A stretch of 64,000 bases of DNA from Candidatus Omnitrophota bacterium (GCA_040753435.1 JBFMEN010000052.1:129-64128), one strand, 5' to 3'. Shown: positions 1-15,000, counted from the first letter of the stretch. The notes: generated by a model not told the origin, from the letters alone. Numbers and translations: made by a program.

Positions 1-3000
1 GCAGCGACAGCAGATCAGGCAATGATCGTCAACGCCCAGGCAGCGCAGGCGATCAAGGTAATGAAACCAACGGTCGTCGAAGCAACGATTGTTGAAGTTG
101 AGCCGACGATAAATAGAACAGCATTAAACGAAGATTTAAGGAAAGTTGAAGCGAATCCTTCGTTAATTGATGGTGCTGATGTTGAGACCCGACTTCCGGT
201 GTTAAGCCAGGCGTTGAAGAACCCGGCGGTAAATGAGGCCGTGATCGAAATAGCCCGGACGGTGGTGGCGGACGTGTTAACGGAGACATCGGAAGACGCA
301 GGCATGAGCGCCGCGCGCTTGAGGACCGTTTCTGATATGGCCGACCGGATCAAGAAAGGACAGCCTGTTCAGAATGTTTGGCGCGGCCGTGCCGTCGAAA
401 CGAAAATGGATGTTGCCCGGCAAACGTTGATCGAAGAGACAGCGGGAGACCAAGGTCTTTATGTTATTCCCGGTAAGGCCTTCTCAATGAAAAACATCGA
501 GACCTGGGTGCGCAATAATCCTGATACCGGAGTTTATATCGCCAATCTCAGTGAAGATCAGCCTTATGTCGAAAAAGTTACGGTGAATACGTCGAGCGGA
601 AATATTGAGCATCAACAGGTGGAAAAAATCAGTTCCGGGATAGTTCTCGTTTTAAGCGGTGCATTGAGTCCGCACAATATGGCCGCCCGAAGTCTTCACA
701 AAATGTACGACGGGTACGGCAAGGTGGTTTTCGATTCCAATTTCTCTATCGGAGATCGACAAACGGTTACGATGCAAGCCAGGCGGTCGCTTGTTATGGT
801 CAAGCCCGGGGATTCTATAGCTGTTCGCCAACTGGCGGTTGTTACAGGGTTAAGTGTTTCCGATATTAAAAAAGAGTTCAAGAAGTTCCAGGAAGATTAC
901 CAGAAAGCAAGGGAAGCCAAAGGCGTCTTGATGGCTGATGAATTGGAGGCGATTATTCCGGACGGATTGGCTGCGTCGATTAAAGATAATCAACAGGCCG
1001 CGGTAGTTTTAGCCGGAATGTCCGGCGTAGATCGGCGAGCATATCAAAAAATTTCATGGGTCGTTCCGGTCAAAGCAGAAAATGATGGATTGATTTTTAT
1101 TCGAAATGTTTATATCGAGACTGCGGCCCTCGACGGCAGCATGATTAAGGATGAAAGTCTCGGGGTTCTCGGGAAGGCGCTGGCCAGCTTAATTGAGCGC
1201 GGAGAAGATTTTGATGTTGTTCATCTCGTTGATCCAAGTACGGTTCAGACTAATGAAGCGATGATCAGAGAGACAGAAGATGGCATCAGGATTCTGGAAC
1301 TGGACCGCAATCTGTTTAATCGCGACGCACGGGGTCTTGTGAGTTATATTTCAGAAGAAATGAAACAGGGGGGTGGTTTCGTTTCGCAGAAAGTCGGCGA
1401 ATTGCTTTCAAGAATTTCGGTGACCCATGAAGAGGTGCATCAACCGGCTGCGGCTTTGATGAGAGACGGCGGAAAGGCTTTGGGTGTTTTGGAAACGCGT
1501 CCGATTTCCGCGGAAGATAACCTTAAACTGGTGAACGCCCAGGCTCAAAGAGCCGGGGAAGTTTTAGCGGGGACATCCGTTCCTCAGCCAGACCCATTCA
1601 TAAGGACAACACCTCCGGCTCTGCAATCACGAGCGGCTTCTGATCAATCTATGCTGCCGAAAATTTCAAAAGAAAACGCCGGGGATGCGGATGTCGTACA
1701 AACGGTAGTAGAAGGGCCTTCTTTCTCTGATGAGGCGATTCTGTCGGCATCAGAACAAAAAACGAAAATGCTTCAGGAGATTGTGACAGCGTTACCGGCA
1801 GAAGCGGCGAAAGAGACGATCGCTCGGACTAATCCGGAAGCTGATCAGCTGGCGATTGAGAGGGAATTGGAGGAGGTCGTTTCGTTAAGATTGCGGGGAG
1901 GACAAGAGTCGCCGGATGTCCCGGAACTGAACAAAGCGTTAAATGATGCGAAGATTCAGCAATCGGTCGCAATGCAATTCCGGAATCAAGTATCCGGAAC
2001 CGCCGAAGAATTGGCGGACAAGATTTCGGCGTCGTTGGAAAATATAGAAGAAGCTTTATCGGGAATCGAGAACGCGCCGGATCAGGAAACAGCGAAACAG
2101 GCGGCCGACAAACTCTGGACAAACGGCAATGCAATTGTGACATCTGTCCGTGGAGTGATGAGTAAATCAGGCGCGATCGGATGGCGGCTTGGTCAAACGT
2201 TGACTCGAGGAGGCGGAGGGATTCTTTCCAAATATGACGTGGCAGCGTCTGCCCAGGTTTTGGCGGGAGCTGGTATGTTTTTGGGTGTGGACCGGAATAA
2301 TGAAAAGAGCCGGACGGATGTCAGGAATGAGATCGCGCGATTGAAGAATACGGTTTCGTTATTAAGAAGCGCAAAGAATGAAGATATTCAGATGGGTTCT
2401 CATAATGGCATTCCGGTCATGTTGTTTGGAGAAGCGCCCTCTGCAAAAGAGATAAAAGTTGAGGTCACGGTTTCACGATCGGCTGACGTGAGTGTTCCTT
2501 CCGAAGAACAGATAAAAATACCTGATGACCAGGCGATACTGACGACGCACAGAGGGCTGCCAGACGGGGCAATGATCACTGGGCCGCAAACACGGGCGGT
2601 TCATGAGATCGTGAGAGCCTTCTTGCAGCCGAAGGCGGCGGAAGAAATAATTGTACGTGCCGGCGCCGGAATTAATCCCGAATCACTTAGAGACGATTTG
2701 GCGAGGGTTGCCTCGTCTGTAACAGTTTCCGGGGATGCAGAGACACCGGCGGCAGATCTTCCCGAATTGAATAAAGCCCTGGAGAGTGAAGATGTGCGGA
2801 AGGCCCTCGCCGTACAATTCAGGGATGACTCGGTCAGGATTGCTGAAGGAATTGCCGCGAACTCGATGAATTTGCTTGAAGAGATCGAGGCCGAATTTGA
2901 CGTGATTGAAAAAAGCGAAGATCTTGTGAGTGCGAAACAAGCTGCCGGGAAGATTTTGGGTTACAGCAAAGATTTAGCCTCGTCGGTTCAAAGTTTATCA

Positions 3001-6000
3001 AATAAACCCGACGGCATTGAGCGCGGGATCGGGAGAACGATTTCAAAAGGAGGGGCTTTTGCGAAACTGGATATCGTCAGTCGCACGCAGAGCCTCATGT
3101 ATGCGGTCGAATTTCTGCAAATGAAGAATTTCAGCGATGACCAGAAAGAAGATGTTCGAAATAAAATTCAAGAGCTGAAGAACACTGTTTCATTGTTGAA
3201 AAATCCGGGGGCGCAAGACATTCATCTCGGGCATTATCAGGGATATCCTGTTGTTGTCTTTGGCGAAATGCCGTTTGATTCGAGGATACGGCACCTGGCT
3301 ACAGTTTCAGTTTCTTCGGAAATTATTATACCGGCTGCAACTCCGACCGCATCATCATTGCGGGATGAGGCAATATTATCATCTGATTTATTAAGGGCAA
3401 CTGCCTGGACCGGGACGAGAAATTTAGGCTTGGGCAAGGCCCTGATGAAAGAAAAAGATTTATTTGGAGGGAACTGGGCGGCTCTGACGACGGGAAGCGG
3501 CTCCGGTATACCGGCGGATTCCGCCATGCTCTCTTTTGATGAGGCTTCGGTCCAATTTAAGGCAGCCAGGGAAAGATTGGGAGAGATCAGGGATACTGTC
3601 AAAAGAATGGACAGCGATTTTCCCAAGTGGCAGGAAGCGCTGAACGGATTGACCGCGAGGGGGCCGGTGACCGATCAATCCAGAAGAAATGCGCAAAACC
3701 TTGACGCAAAAATCAAGGGAGCTATCGGTAAGCGCATCAAGCTCGACTCTGAGGCAAGCGAGAGGCGTGAAGAACTGTTGACTGCGTCAAATGAAATGGT
3801 CAGGAGATATCTGGAAGGAAATGTTCCGGAGACTCGGGAGGCCTATGACTTGACGCGCGAAGCCGCACAGATTCTCGGCGAGCATGCGCCTGACAGCAGA
3901 GAAATTCAAAACAGGATGTCTCTCCTGAAGAAAGAAAAATCAGACCTCCTGGAAAAGAAGCGCTTGTTGATCGAAGAAAAAGTTTCGCTTGATCGCAGCG
4001 AAGTTTCGTCATTGAAGCAGCTTGAGACGGCGCGCAAGCTTGCGGATGCAATTGAAAAGGATATTGAGGACCAGGAAAGAACGGGACGGCCTGTAGATAC
4101 ATTATATGGGCAATGGGAGCTCGCGCTTGAGAAGGTTGATGCCGGGCAAAAAATGATTGATCAGATGCGAGCGGGGAAAGACCGGACGATCGGCGCGATC
4201 AAGGCCGTTGATAAGGAAATAAGGAGCCTGGAATTCAAAGCGAGTGAAGTCGGAGCCGCGCCGACAAAAGAATATTATCAGAGAATGGCGGCGGAGATTA
4301 GAAGTCTTGCGGTAAATACTAAAGATGAAGCCATCCTGGTCCCGGCAGGTGCGTCTGCTGCAGCAAGGGTTCCGGCAGGGCGAATTTCCATGTCCGAAGA
4401 AAAAGCCCTGAATCTTGCCGGAATGAATCCGGTTAGCCTCGCGGCAGAATTTACGGCAACGCCTGTTAATTTGTGGGATGGCGAAGTTATTTCCTATCGT
4501 GAAAAATCAGCAAGACTTGATTCCGATTTACAACGTCAACAAGCTGAAAAATTGGCGGGCGAGTTAAAAACTTCTTTTGGCGAGGCGCCGATTAACATTA
4601 ACGAATATCCCGCGCGGCTGATGTCTCTTGATAGCGGAGAAAGTCAATACCGCGGCATTATCAGCTTTGATGATGTTCTGGCCGATCTTGATGTCAATAA
4701 AGTGAATACGTTTATTGCGCAATTGAAGGGCGCCCCCGTTCAAGGGAAACTGGCGCTGGCAACCGGGGCGACGAGTTTGAGCACGGATGAACATATTGTT
4801 TTCGTTGCCCGGGAATCGAAAGATGTGGAAACAGCGCTAATGATCGCGCACGAAGTATTTAAGCATAATCCTGCCGATTTAACGGCGCCGGTCCGGATGG
4901 AGGTTAGCCAGGATACCCCAGACGGGTCTTATCGGGACTTTTTGGTGAATGAGCTGAAACAGTCGGCGAGGGCCGGAAAAGATTTTGATATCAATGAGGT
5001 GCGCAAAAAATTAACTTCTCTTAATATTGTGCCGCCGATTGATTTTGTTCCCCGCAAGGTTGCGGACGCTGATGCTGCTATGCTCACTCAGATTGACGGG
5101 ACGACCAGGGTGAAATTCGATGAAGAAAGAAAGGTGTTTCCTTTTGTTTCCGGATTGGCCGTTTCCGAAATCCGCGGCAGAAAACCTGATGACATTCAGT
5201 CGATCTGGGAGAAATACTTAAAGGCATTGTCAGAGCTGAGGTTTAAAGAGGCCAAAAACAGTTTGTCGAGTTTGAGGGCTTTGTCCAGATCAAAAAGGCA
5301 GGTTTATCAGGAGATCTTTTCGCCGCAGAATATCCAGCGGGAAATCGAATGGATAGAAAAGCTTGAGCGTGATGAACGGTATTCTGGATCAGTTAATTAT
5401 CTTGTTGAGAAGAGATTGAAGCCTTTTGATCAGGGGGATAGCGATCGCGCCCCTGATATGGCCTTTAATTCAAAAGTATTGAAAAGCAATCTGGATATGG
5501 TTCAAGATTTCTCAAGTGGGGTTAACGAAAAAACCGGACAAACGGTAAAGAATTACTTTTTTGACAAGCTGCGCGGCGATTTTGTCAGTCTCTTGAGAAA
5601 GACAAAAGAAGAAACAGATCAGGACGGCCTTGTTTTGAAGGATTTGGAACCGTATTTTGACGATATGCGGATTACGTCGAGAACCAGGTCTCTGCTGCGT
5701 ATTTACATTGCCTTAAAAGACAAGGATGAATTGATTACTTCGCAAGTTTTGGCGCGAGAATACGGATTTCCTGACGAAGATTTTGAAGGCTTGTCTTTGA
5801 ATGAAAAGAGTGCCAGAAAACTTGAAATTATCGATCAGGAACTGAAGCAGAACCGGCCGATGCTTTCATTTATTCAGGATTTTCACGTCGAAGATGAGGC
5901 CGCTGTCCATCAACGATATAAAGCACAACTTGAAGAATTAGATCGCGAGATTGCGGAGTTGATTATTGAGGAGAATCCGGAAATTAGTCGGTACGATGAT

Positions 6001-9000
6001 TATGTCCGTGCGGTTGCGGATTTTGTTCAGGTAAAGATTCCCGGAATTGTTAAGGTTCGATTAAAAGAGCCGGACATCGGGATGACGCCGAAAGAATTTT
6101 TCAAAATTAAAGAGGCCGGAGACGCTAAAGCAAGTCAGGTTCAGGTTCCTTTGAAATTTAGCGTTACCAGAGACGGGGAAGAAGAACAATGGAATTTGGC
6201 CGTCATTCCCCATAGGAACTGGGTTGATTTAACCCAATTACAGAGAGATATTCAGAGATCGAATATAAGAGGAAAGATTGAGAATTTCCTGAAGCGGAGA
6301 GAACATCCAGAGTTTGCCCAGGCTTATGGGGTAACGATTAAGCGGATTCTTTTTGATCGGCAGACCAGAATGTACGTCAGGATTTTCGAAGAAGAAAAAA
6401 CAATGGTAATTTTTGGATATGGGGCCACAAAAGATTTTAAAAATGGTCATGACCAAATAGATCTCAAGCTGATTGAATATACGAATCAATATCTTGGAGA
6501 TCCGATGTCTCCGAATGGAAGGAGGTCATTGGCAGATCTTGCTGTTGAACCGCTAATGGTTCCAGGCGATCGAGCGATGCTGACGGAAGAGGATTTCAAA
6601 GAAGGATTAGCCGCTGTCGTAAATGAATTCAATAAAAAGACCGGAGCCGTGCCTTATGTGGCTGTTATTTCAGGGAAAGCCTCTTCCGATGAAAAGATTT
6701 ATCAAATGGCCGTGGCCCAGGGGATGCGGCCGGCCGATCAGGTTATAAGCCAGGAGGAATACGTTCAGAATCCTTCAAGGATAACGAATATTGTTGTATT
6801 TAATGAAGCCTTAAGTGCGGTCATTCCGACAGCGAATCAAATTGATTCGATTAGAGAGGCGGCTGCAACAGCCGGAATGTCAAAGATTGCTGTTTCAGTC
6901 GTTTCTCCTGTTGTTTCTTGGGATGCGGTTGAAGGTGTTCGAGAGGTATTCGCAAATGATCTTACCGTAGAGGTTGTTCTTTATACTCCGCAGATTTCGC
7001 AGTCCCCAGCGGCAGAAATTGTTCAACAAAAGCCTGGGTCTCAGCAGGCGGTTATTTTTGAAAACACATTTGATCAGGGATCTTCAGGTGAACGTAAGGA
7101 CCGGAATGGCATAAGGAAAGCCTTGCCAGCGCTGGTGTTTGGAATCACTCTCTTGATTAATTCCGCTTTTATCGGGGTTCCGGCTGGGTCAGTTCATGCC
7201 GGCATGGTTGCGACCTCCGCTCCCAAGGTTGTTCAGCAGATGTCTGAACCTCCGCCGGTTGTTACTCCTGAAATGAGAACTGTTTCTGTCCTGTCCGATC
7301 AGGCAAAGCGCAAGGCCGATGAGATGGCCAGACAAGCGGAAAAAGTTCTGAAAGGTCAGACTGTCGGCGCGTCAGAACAGGCAGCCAGGAAGGCCAGGGC
7401 TGTCATAGAAAGGGCCGAAAAATCAGCACAAATTTCTACTCCGTCTATTATTGAGGAAGACAAGGCTGTTCTTCCTGGTCAAACCACGTTAGATTTTCTG
7501 GGTGAAGAAGATGCTAAACCGGCAACAACTCGTGAAATAATACCTGTCGAACCCATATTGGATGTCCCCGTCTTTAATATAATGGCGCCTTCTTTGAACC
7601 TTCCGATGGCGCCAGTTATGCCGTTAGCTTCTAATAAACAGAGTGATTGGACTCCTTTAACAGGAAGAGATTATAAAGCTATTCCTGTTTCAGCGCAGAA
7701 CCATGTTCCTGAACCTGCTGCAGAGCCTGATGGAGGTTCGGGTGATGGGACCGGTTCAACTAAAGCGGGCAACAAGGCAGGATCAACGCCATTTGTCCAG
7801 TTAGCACGGCAAATGCAGCCATTAACAAAAGATGCCCGGCTGGTTGATGAAAGCAATTTAAAAGAAACACAAGCCGATTTTATTCGAACAGATGGTGATA
7901 AAGCAAACAGAACTCGTTTTAATTCTTCTGGTACGAGTCCGACGATTTCTGTCTCTGTCGCCCTTTCCACAAAGGGTCAGACAGATGGAGCAGTAGAGTG
8001 GAACAGACTTGAAGAATCAAATGTTGTAACAGCAGTAGAAGGTGTTGTTTTTGAAAATGTGGCTAACTTGTTAAGTAGCAAAGCTTTAGTTAGAGCGGCG
8101 CTTAGCGAGGGAGAAGCAGGTGCGCAGACTGTATCTTTCGAGATGAAACTTGCGCAAGCAGTAGATACAGAAGCAGAAGTAGAAGTAATAGTAGCAAAAG
8201 GACAAAATGAGGTTGTTGGTGGAGCTTATGGTAGCGTAAGAACGGGTACGAAGCTTAATGGGGAAGAAACAGCAGCGTTGGCTGTGCGCTTTGGCGCAGA
8301 AAACACGCAAGTAGTAGAAACACATGTAGTAGAAGTGCCTGTTGAGACGGTTGTAAGAAGTAATCGTGGTAGAAGTAGTCGTTCTTTAGAGAATCCGAGC
8401 GTTGTAGCTATGATCCGGTCTTCAGATATATTGGAGGCAGGGGAGCTCATTGCGGAGGTTCTGATCAGTACAGTCAGTGCAGTTGTTGATGTTGTTAAAG
8501 GCGGCGTATTAGGTTCTAGAAGTGTACCCTCTAGCGATAGAGAGAATACATCTAGAGAACAAGCGTTACCTGTGGTTCTTATCGTGTGGAACTTGGCTGG
8601 CAATAAAGGATCCAAGGGTAAGAATCGAAAAGTAGTACGAGATGCTGCGATGATTGCTCAAGTGAAAGCTTGGGTTAAACATGCGGCAAAATATGCTGAG
8701 ACGGTTGTAAGAAGTATCGGTAGAAGTACTCGCTCTGCTGGAAACAAACGAGAAACAAGAAGTGCTCCTGCTGAATCTGATAGCAGTGATGCTGATGACG
8801 ATGCGGAAGGTTCTCGAAGTTTGGATTCCAATAAAGATGAAAGTGAAACAGTAAGTGGCAGAAAAGCATTGAGATCTGCCAAAGCTAATGTTCCTGAAGT
8901 TTATGCTGAAAAGCAAGAATTTAGGAATGTAACTGTTGAGAATAAATATAGAGAAGATACGAAGGAAGCTGAAGTAAAGGCTTCTGATAATCCTGAGTTG

Positions 9001-12000
9001 CGAAAAGAAAGAAAAGCAGCCCAGGATAAATCTCTACCACAAGTACCGGTTGTGAACATAACCAGAAGGATATCCGAGTCGAAAGATAAGGATATGAAGT
9101 TCTGGAAGTTTGTACGTGAAGCAATCGGTCAAGCCACAAAAGCATCTCAAGAGATCCTCAGAAGGATACGCGGTGCTTGGTTTGCGTTTGTAATCGAGAA
9201 AATCAAGTACAGTATCTCTATTCGTGCGTCCAATTCAGTAGAAAATAACATTAACCATAATATTCAAAAGAGCCCGATTGAAGGCGTCTTTGGCATTGCT
9301 AAAGCTGTCTTTAATCGGGCTTCTTGGTTTGTTGCTTCTAAACAACAAGCCGAAAACAAAGGAGGCGCAAAATGGTTATCGTCAATACTCGAAGGGCTGA
9401 AGACATTGAATTCAAGTATTTCCTTGAAATTCCACGCAGCAATTGCACGTTCTGCTCTTGCAGAGACAGGGGTACAGGCCGAAGCAAGCTATACCTTATC
9501 TTTACCACAGGTAACTTCAGGGTTTATGAAAGAAACGGGCTCAAAGGAACCTGGGAACGTGTTACTGAAGATGAGCAAAGACGAATCCATGCTTTCTTCA
9601 CCCAGGCAGCCTGCAGCAGACAAGTCCCTCATTTCAGCAACAACCGTTTCCAGGAAATCCTTAACCTCAACTAACGGTGAAGATGAGGAAAAAACGTCTT
9701 CATCAGAGCAATCCGAAAAAGCTCAAGATTCAGCCTCTGTTTCCAGAAAAGTCTTAACAGGCATATTCCTTGCCGTTGTCGCATTATCAGGCGCATTAAT
9801 GGCTATAGGAATGGGTACGGCTGAATTCTGGGCGATTTTCGCGATTGCTCTGATCAGCGGCGGCTTTATAGCCAGTCGAATTTTCAATGATATTAAAAAA
9901 TTCGAAGCCGAAAAACGAAGGCCTTCTGATAAAGATAAACAGAAGGAATTAAAGTCTAAATATGGACCAGTGTTCCAGGCCGTTAAGATTGAGGCTGCTT
10001 TGTCAGAAGCCGTTGCCCGGTTACATGCGGCGGCTGCTTTGGTTGATAAAGAGGAAGCAATCAATCTGCGCAAGCAGGCAAAGCTGATCGAAGACGGGCA
10101 ATACGAATCAGTGATTGATGAGCACGCTTCTTCAGAGGAAATCGTCAGCCTTCTTTTGACCATAGCCCTAAGGAAGGCAGGATTAAGCAAAGTTGATCAG
10201 ATGGTCCGCGATCTTATGCGGATTCAGGTAGAAGTTTCTGATGTTTTAGGGAAATACAGCCAAACATCAGTTAGCGGACAGGTACGGGAATATGTTCAAC
10301 ATGAATTTGGGTATGCGGTATCCGATGATATGTTGAGCAAGGCCAGATCCAGAGCCCGGAAAGTTTATGAATTGTTCCAGGGCCGTCTGCAGAAAACAGA
10401 AAAGCTTCTTAAGATCCTTCAGACTTTGGAGCAGCAGAGACAGGGAATTGAAGACAGGCAGAAAGCGTTTAATGCAAAGCATCCGAAACCCGTTTCCCGC
10501 GAGCTTAAACAGATCAAAAAGGAATACCAGAAGAGAGCCGTTGCGATTAATCGCAAAATCAACGCTGTTTCTAAAGATATTGAGTATTTGCGGCTGAACA
10601 CCCTGTTCGGTTCTTATTTAAGAATAATAATTACGGAAGTTGTCCGTGAAGCCCGTTTGCAGGCATTACGCGATCATGGAGAACAAGCTAACAGGCTTTT
10701 CGCTGCCAGGACCAGACTTGAGAAGCTTGAGAAAAAGACAGCCGGAAAGACAGGAAAAGCCAGGGCCGCTGTAGATGCCGAGATCATTGTCCTGAAAAAC
10801 GAGATTCGTATTCTGCAAAACGCGATCGATTCATTTGATGCCGAAACAGAAACGATGGCCGGGAAGGCCAGGAAGGATATCGCTAATGAATTCGGTCCTG
10901 TTGAAATGCCCGCGTCGGTTGAAACTCCTGTTCAAATGCTGGCCAAAGCCGCGGGGACCAGGGCTGAGAGGACTTATCTGCGGGGATTATGGTCCGAAAT
11001 TTCCGGCGAGACGATTGTTCCTGAAGAAGAAATCGAGGATGCCGGGGCAAAAGACTTTTTAAGCTGGAAGTTCCTCGCCCGGGTGTTCTCATTCGGATTA
11101 TTATTGAGCCTGGCCGCGCTTGCTGTCTTCCCGTCGGATGCCCAGGGACAGGATAACGATTCAGACGCGGATGAAAACAAAGCCGCCGATCCCTCTATCA
11201 GCAAAGTTGCAAAATCGTCCGCTTACGCAATGGCAGTTTCCATGATGCAACCGGATACTTCCGCCGATGAAAAATCACATTCCCGTTACGGGGAACCGCA
11301 AAAGCGCGGAGCCGAATCAGCCGGGAATCCCGGGCTTCAGGCCGGCAGCGCAATCCATTCTTACCGGGTCGTTGACGCTGTTTACCTTGATTTCGAGAAG
11401 GACGGCAAGAGCCTGAATATCGTTCAATCGAACGGCGAAGCGATGCCGGATATGATGACAGCTTATTTAGGAGAAGGAAACGAGGCGGATCAATTAGTTA
11501 TCGTTACTTCTGATGGAACGAATTTTGCGATCAATATCGAAAATATCTTGAGCGCGCGGGAGAAAGGCGAATTGTTCGTCTCGGTCCGCGACTCTGCTTC
11601 GCAGATTGCCACTATGCCCGTGGCTGCGCTTGCCGACGTACTGTCCGCCCTGGACGGCAGGACCGGAGCCGAAGCCGGAATGGTCTTTATTATCAACAAA
11701 AATTTGAAACAGGACGGCACACCTTTTGAAAAGACCTTGTTGAATTTACTCAGAGCGGTTGCCGGGAAAGAAGACAAACCTTTGATGAAGACAAGGTTTA
11801 CTTACTTCCCCGGGTTCAACGTTTCCCGTTTTGATCACGGCCGTGATTTCTCGGGCGACGTCAAATGCAGGCGCTTTGATGTGTCCGGGATGCTGGCTGA
11901 AATGGCCGGGGATGAATACCGTGTTAAATCCGGAATCAGCGGAAAAGTTGTTAATGTCGAGCGGAAAAAAGACGGGGTTGAGGTAACGGTCGCGGGAGAT

Positions 12001-15000
12001 GGCGGCAACCATGTTTATCGTGGCTTGAAAACTGCTTATGTTCAAAAGGGCGACAAGGTTAAACCTGATCAGAAGATCGGGCGCAGCAGCAATAAGGAAT
12101 CCGTGAAGCCGGTTGTCCTTACCCTGGAACAGAAGGTGCAGAAGGCGGAAAAGACGATTCAGAAGTTAAAAGAAGGCGCCAGGAAAGAAGAGGCGCGGGT
12201 CGAATCGTTTAACAGGAATTTTGAAGAAACAAAAGAAGCCGTTCAAATGTCTATTGACACGAAGGGAAGGATTTATGAAGACAAGGACGTAAAAGAAAGC
12301 GCCGGTAACTATACTTTAGCCCTTATTGGAGAAGAAGAGCAGACGCAGGACAATCAATTAAAGAATATTGAGACGCTGGTAAAGAACATGAATCCGGAGC
12401 AAGATGAAGATGGCGGCCTGCGGATCACTTTGGGACTTGCGCCTCAAGGCCAGGGATTCAGCGGGTCCATTCCGGGATTACAAACCAGGGTCGGCGGCTT
12501 TGAGTTGGGCGCGTCCAGCAAAAACGCATTTACTTCGACGAATGATATTTTCAATACCCTTGTCAAGCCGGACGAATTATTTAACGGAAGCATCGAAAGC
12601 GTAGTGGCAGGATCATTGTATGCCATGCATGTCGGGACGGAGTTCTGGAATTCAGCGATGAGGGAGAAACATCACGGCGACAGGCAGCATGGAATGATCG
12701 TCATGCCGAAACGCGGAGGACAGTGGGTCGCCTTACCGGTAAGCAAGATTGATACGGAAATCGCTGAGCGGCGCATCGTTCTTAACGACCAGGGCGAATA
12801 TAAATTTGTCGGCGATGATGTTCCCAATGAAACCTATGTTCAATTGGAAGACAACTGGTTTGAATTATACAGCGATGCCATTCGAAAACTTTTCGGTCGG
12901 ATGCCGCTTATCGGAAAGATGTTCGGCGATTATGACGCAGACACGGTTATTGAGCGTTACAAAAAGAATATGAATTTTTATATTCCGGGCGATATCGAGA
13001 GACTGTTCTATCTGAAGGCCCTGATGCGCTCCAAGGACAGCAAGGAGATCTGGAGAGTGCAGCGCAAAGGCGAATACCTGCACGGATATGTGTTTAATCA
13101 GGATAATCCCAAAGAAGTGCGCGAGTATTTCCGTACGCGCATTTTTGCAAAAGAACTGAAAGACTGGAGAGAGACCACTCCTGAAGGCCAGGCGATGACC
13201 GGCAACATGAACGATGGAGATGTCTTTGATTATCCTTCTATCGAGCGCTTGATCGCAAACGGCGAAGACGCCCGAAAGGCATCAATATACGGCGGCATCT
13301 TTGATCCGGTAGCGAACAAATTTATCGCTGTTCTGAGCGGCGGCCGCGTTCTTCCGGTGACCCATAATGTTCAATTGACCCTGAGAACCGACGACATCAT
13401 TCGTCTCGGCAAGACCGCGGAAACGGCTGTTGTGCCGATCCGTGTCGGACATTATCTGGATGATAAAAATACTCCGGCCTACGGGATCTTCATCGCAGGT
13501 ACTCAGAACGCGCTGCTTGATTTCTGGCTGAAATATGGAATCCAGCCCGAACAGTACAACAATGTTGCCGGCGTTATGAATGTTTACACTGTCCGCCAGG
13601 GCGATAATCAGGATTATCTTGAGCACGTCGGATATGAGGAAAGGCAGGAAGCTCCGGCCGAAAACGATTTTGTGAAGGTTCAGTATCGCGAAGAAAAGAA
13701 TATGCGCGGCGAAACCGTCAAGCTGCCGTTAATGCTGCAATACCAGGCTAAACAATCCAGGATTTCTTCAATACCGGCAGAACGCCATATTCCTGAAGGC
13801 ATGAAGGTCGTCGTCCTTGAGCCGGTAAAGAAAGACGGCAAGACGATTGCGACAAAGGTCGGGTTCTGGATTCCGAAACCGGGCAGGATGCCGGTCAAGA
13901 GATTTATCACCGAGACCCAGGTTTTCTATCAATTCGCCGGCGAACCTATGCCCGGGGATATCAGCGGATTCCTTGACGCGGGCGAGATCGATAAAGTCGA
14001 GCGCTTCTGGAATTTCGGCAGCGACAAGGAAAAGGTCGATTTGAAGCCGGTTTTTGACCGCAACGATCCAGAAGATCCGAAAAAGAAATTTACCAGGCTG
14101 GCCGTCTATGTTAATCCCGCGACCGGCAAGAAAGAGATTGCGGTTGTGGACTTCGGCGAAAACGCTCCGAAACTGGCTCCTGAAGTTCAGGAAAAGAATT
14201 ACTTCACAAAGAGCTCCGGATATGGCAACAGCAAGCCCGTGGACGGCGTTCCTGTCCTCGTCTCCGTCGAAAAACCGGTGCCGAACCTGGGGCCTTCTTC
14301 AGATGTCATGACGAACATCGTTAATAATCCATATATCAATGATCTTGAAACTTTAAAAGCAAAAATCACGGCGATTAAAGACTGGCCGGCATCTTTGAAG
14401 AACAACCTCATCGCACAGATTGAAAAGGTTCAGGCTCAGTCGCGCGAGATTGAAGCCCACAAAGACGGCTTCAAGGTTTACGGCAAAATCTACCAGACCA
14501 TGATCAAAGAGTTGAACCGCGCTTACCTGCAGGAAGGCCAGTTGTGGACTGAACGCGCCAGGCAGTTATTTGAGATGTTCAAGGAAGACGCCCAGATTGA
14601 TGTGTTGATGAGCTCCGGTGAAATGCTCATTAATGTCCTGAGAAATATTGCCGCCAGCAAGAACATGAAGCCCGAAGATTATGTTGCCATGCTTGAGGCG
14701 ACAGGGAACCTTGAGCAGGCTGTTTATCATGCGATTGGAGAGCATTATCTAATGAATATGGTCCTCGGAGATGACGCGTTTGAGACCTCACATGCCCGGC
14801 TGAAAGCCATCGATGACTATATTGCCAGACTTAACCTGGTCGGGATTGAACGTAGCACCTTGTTTGATACGGAACTGAAATTCGGAGAAAACGGCCGGAT
14901 CCAGAGCCTTGAACAGATCCTTGAATACAATGAGAGAAAGATTGATGAATTTGAAGCGATGAAGACGAACTTGCAGGACATGCTGGCAGCCCGGGACTAT

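Noticed and set aside
22-24. ATG 22 as the start of the giant protein
   Set aside because: The frame is open from base 1 and this Met belongs to a DQAMI motif; no RBS or signal peptide is present. The gene starts upstream of the window.
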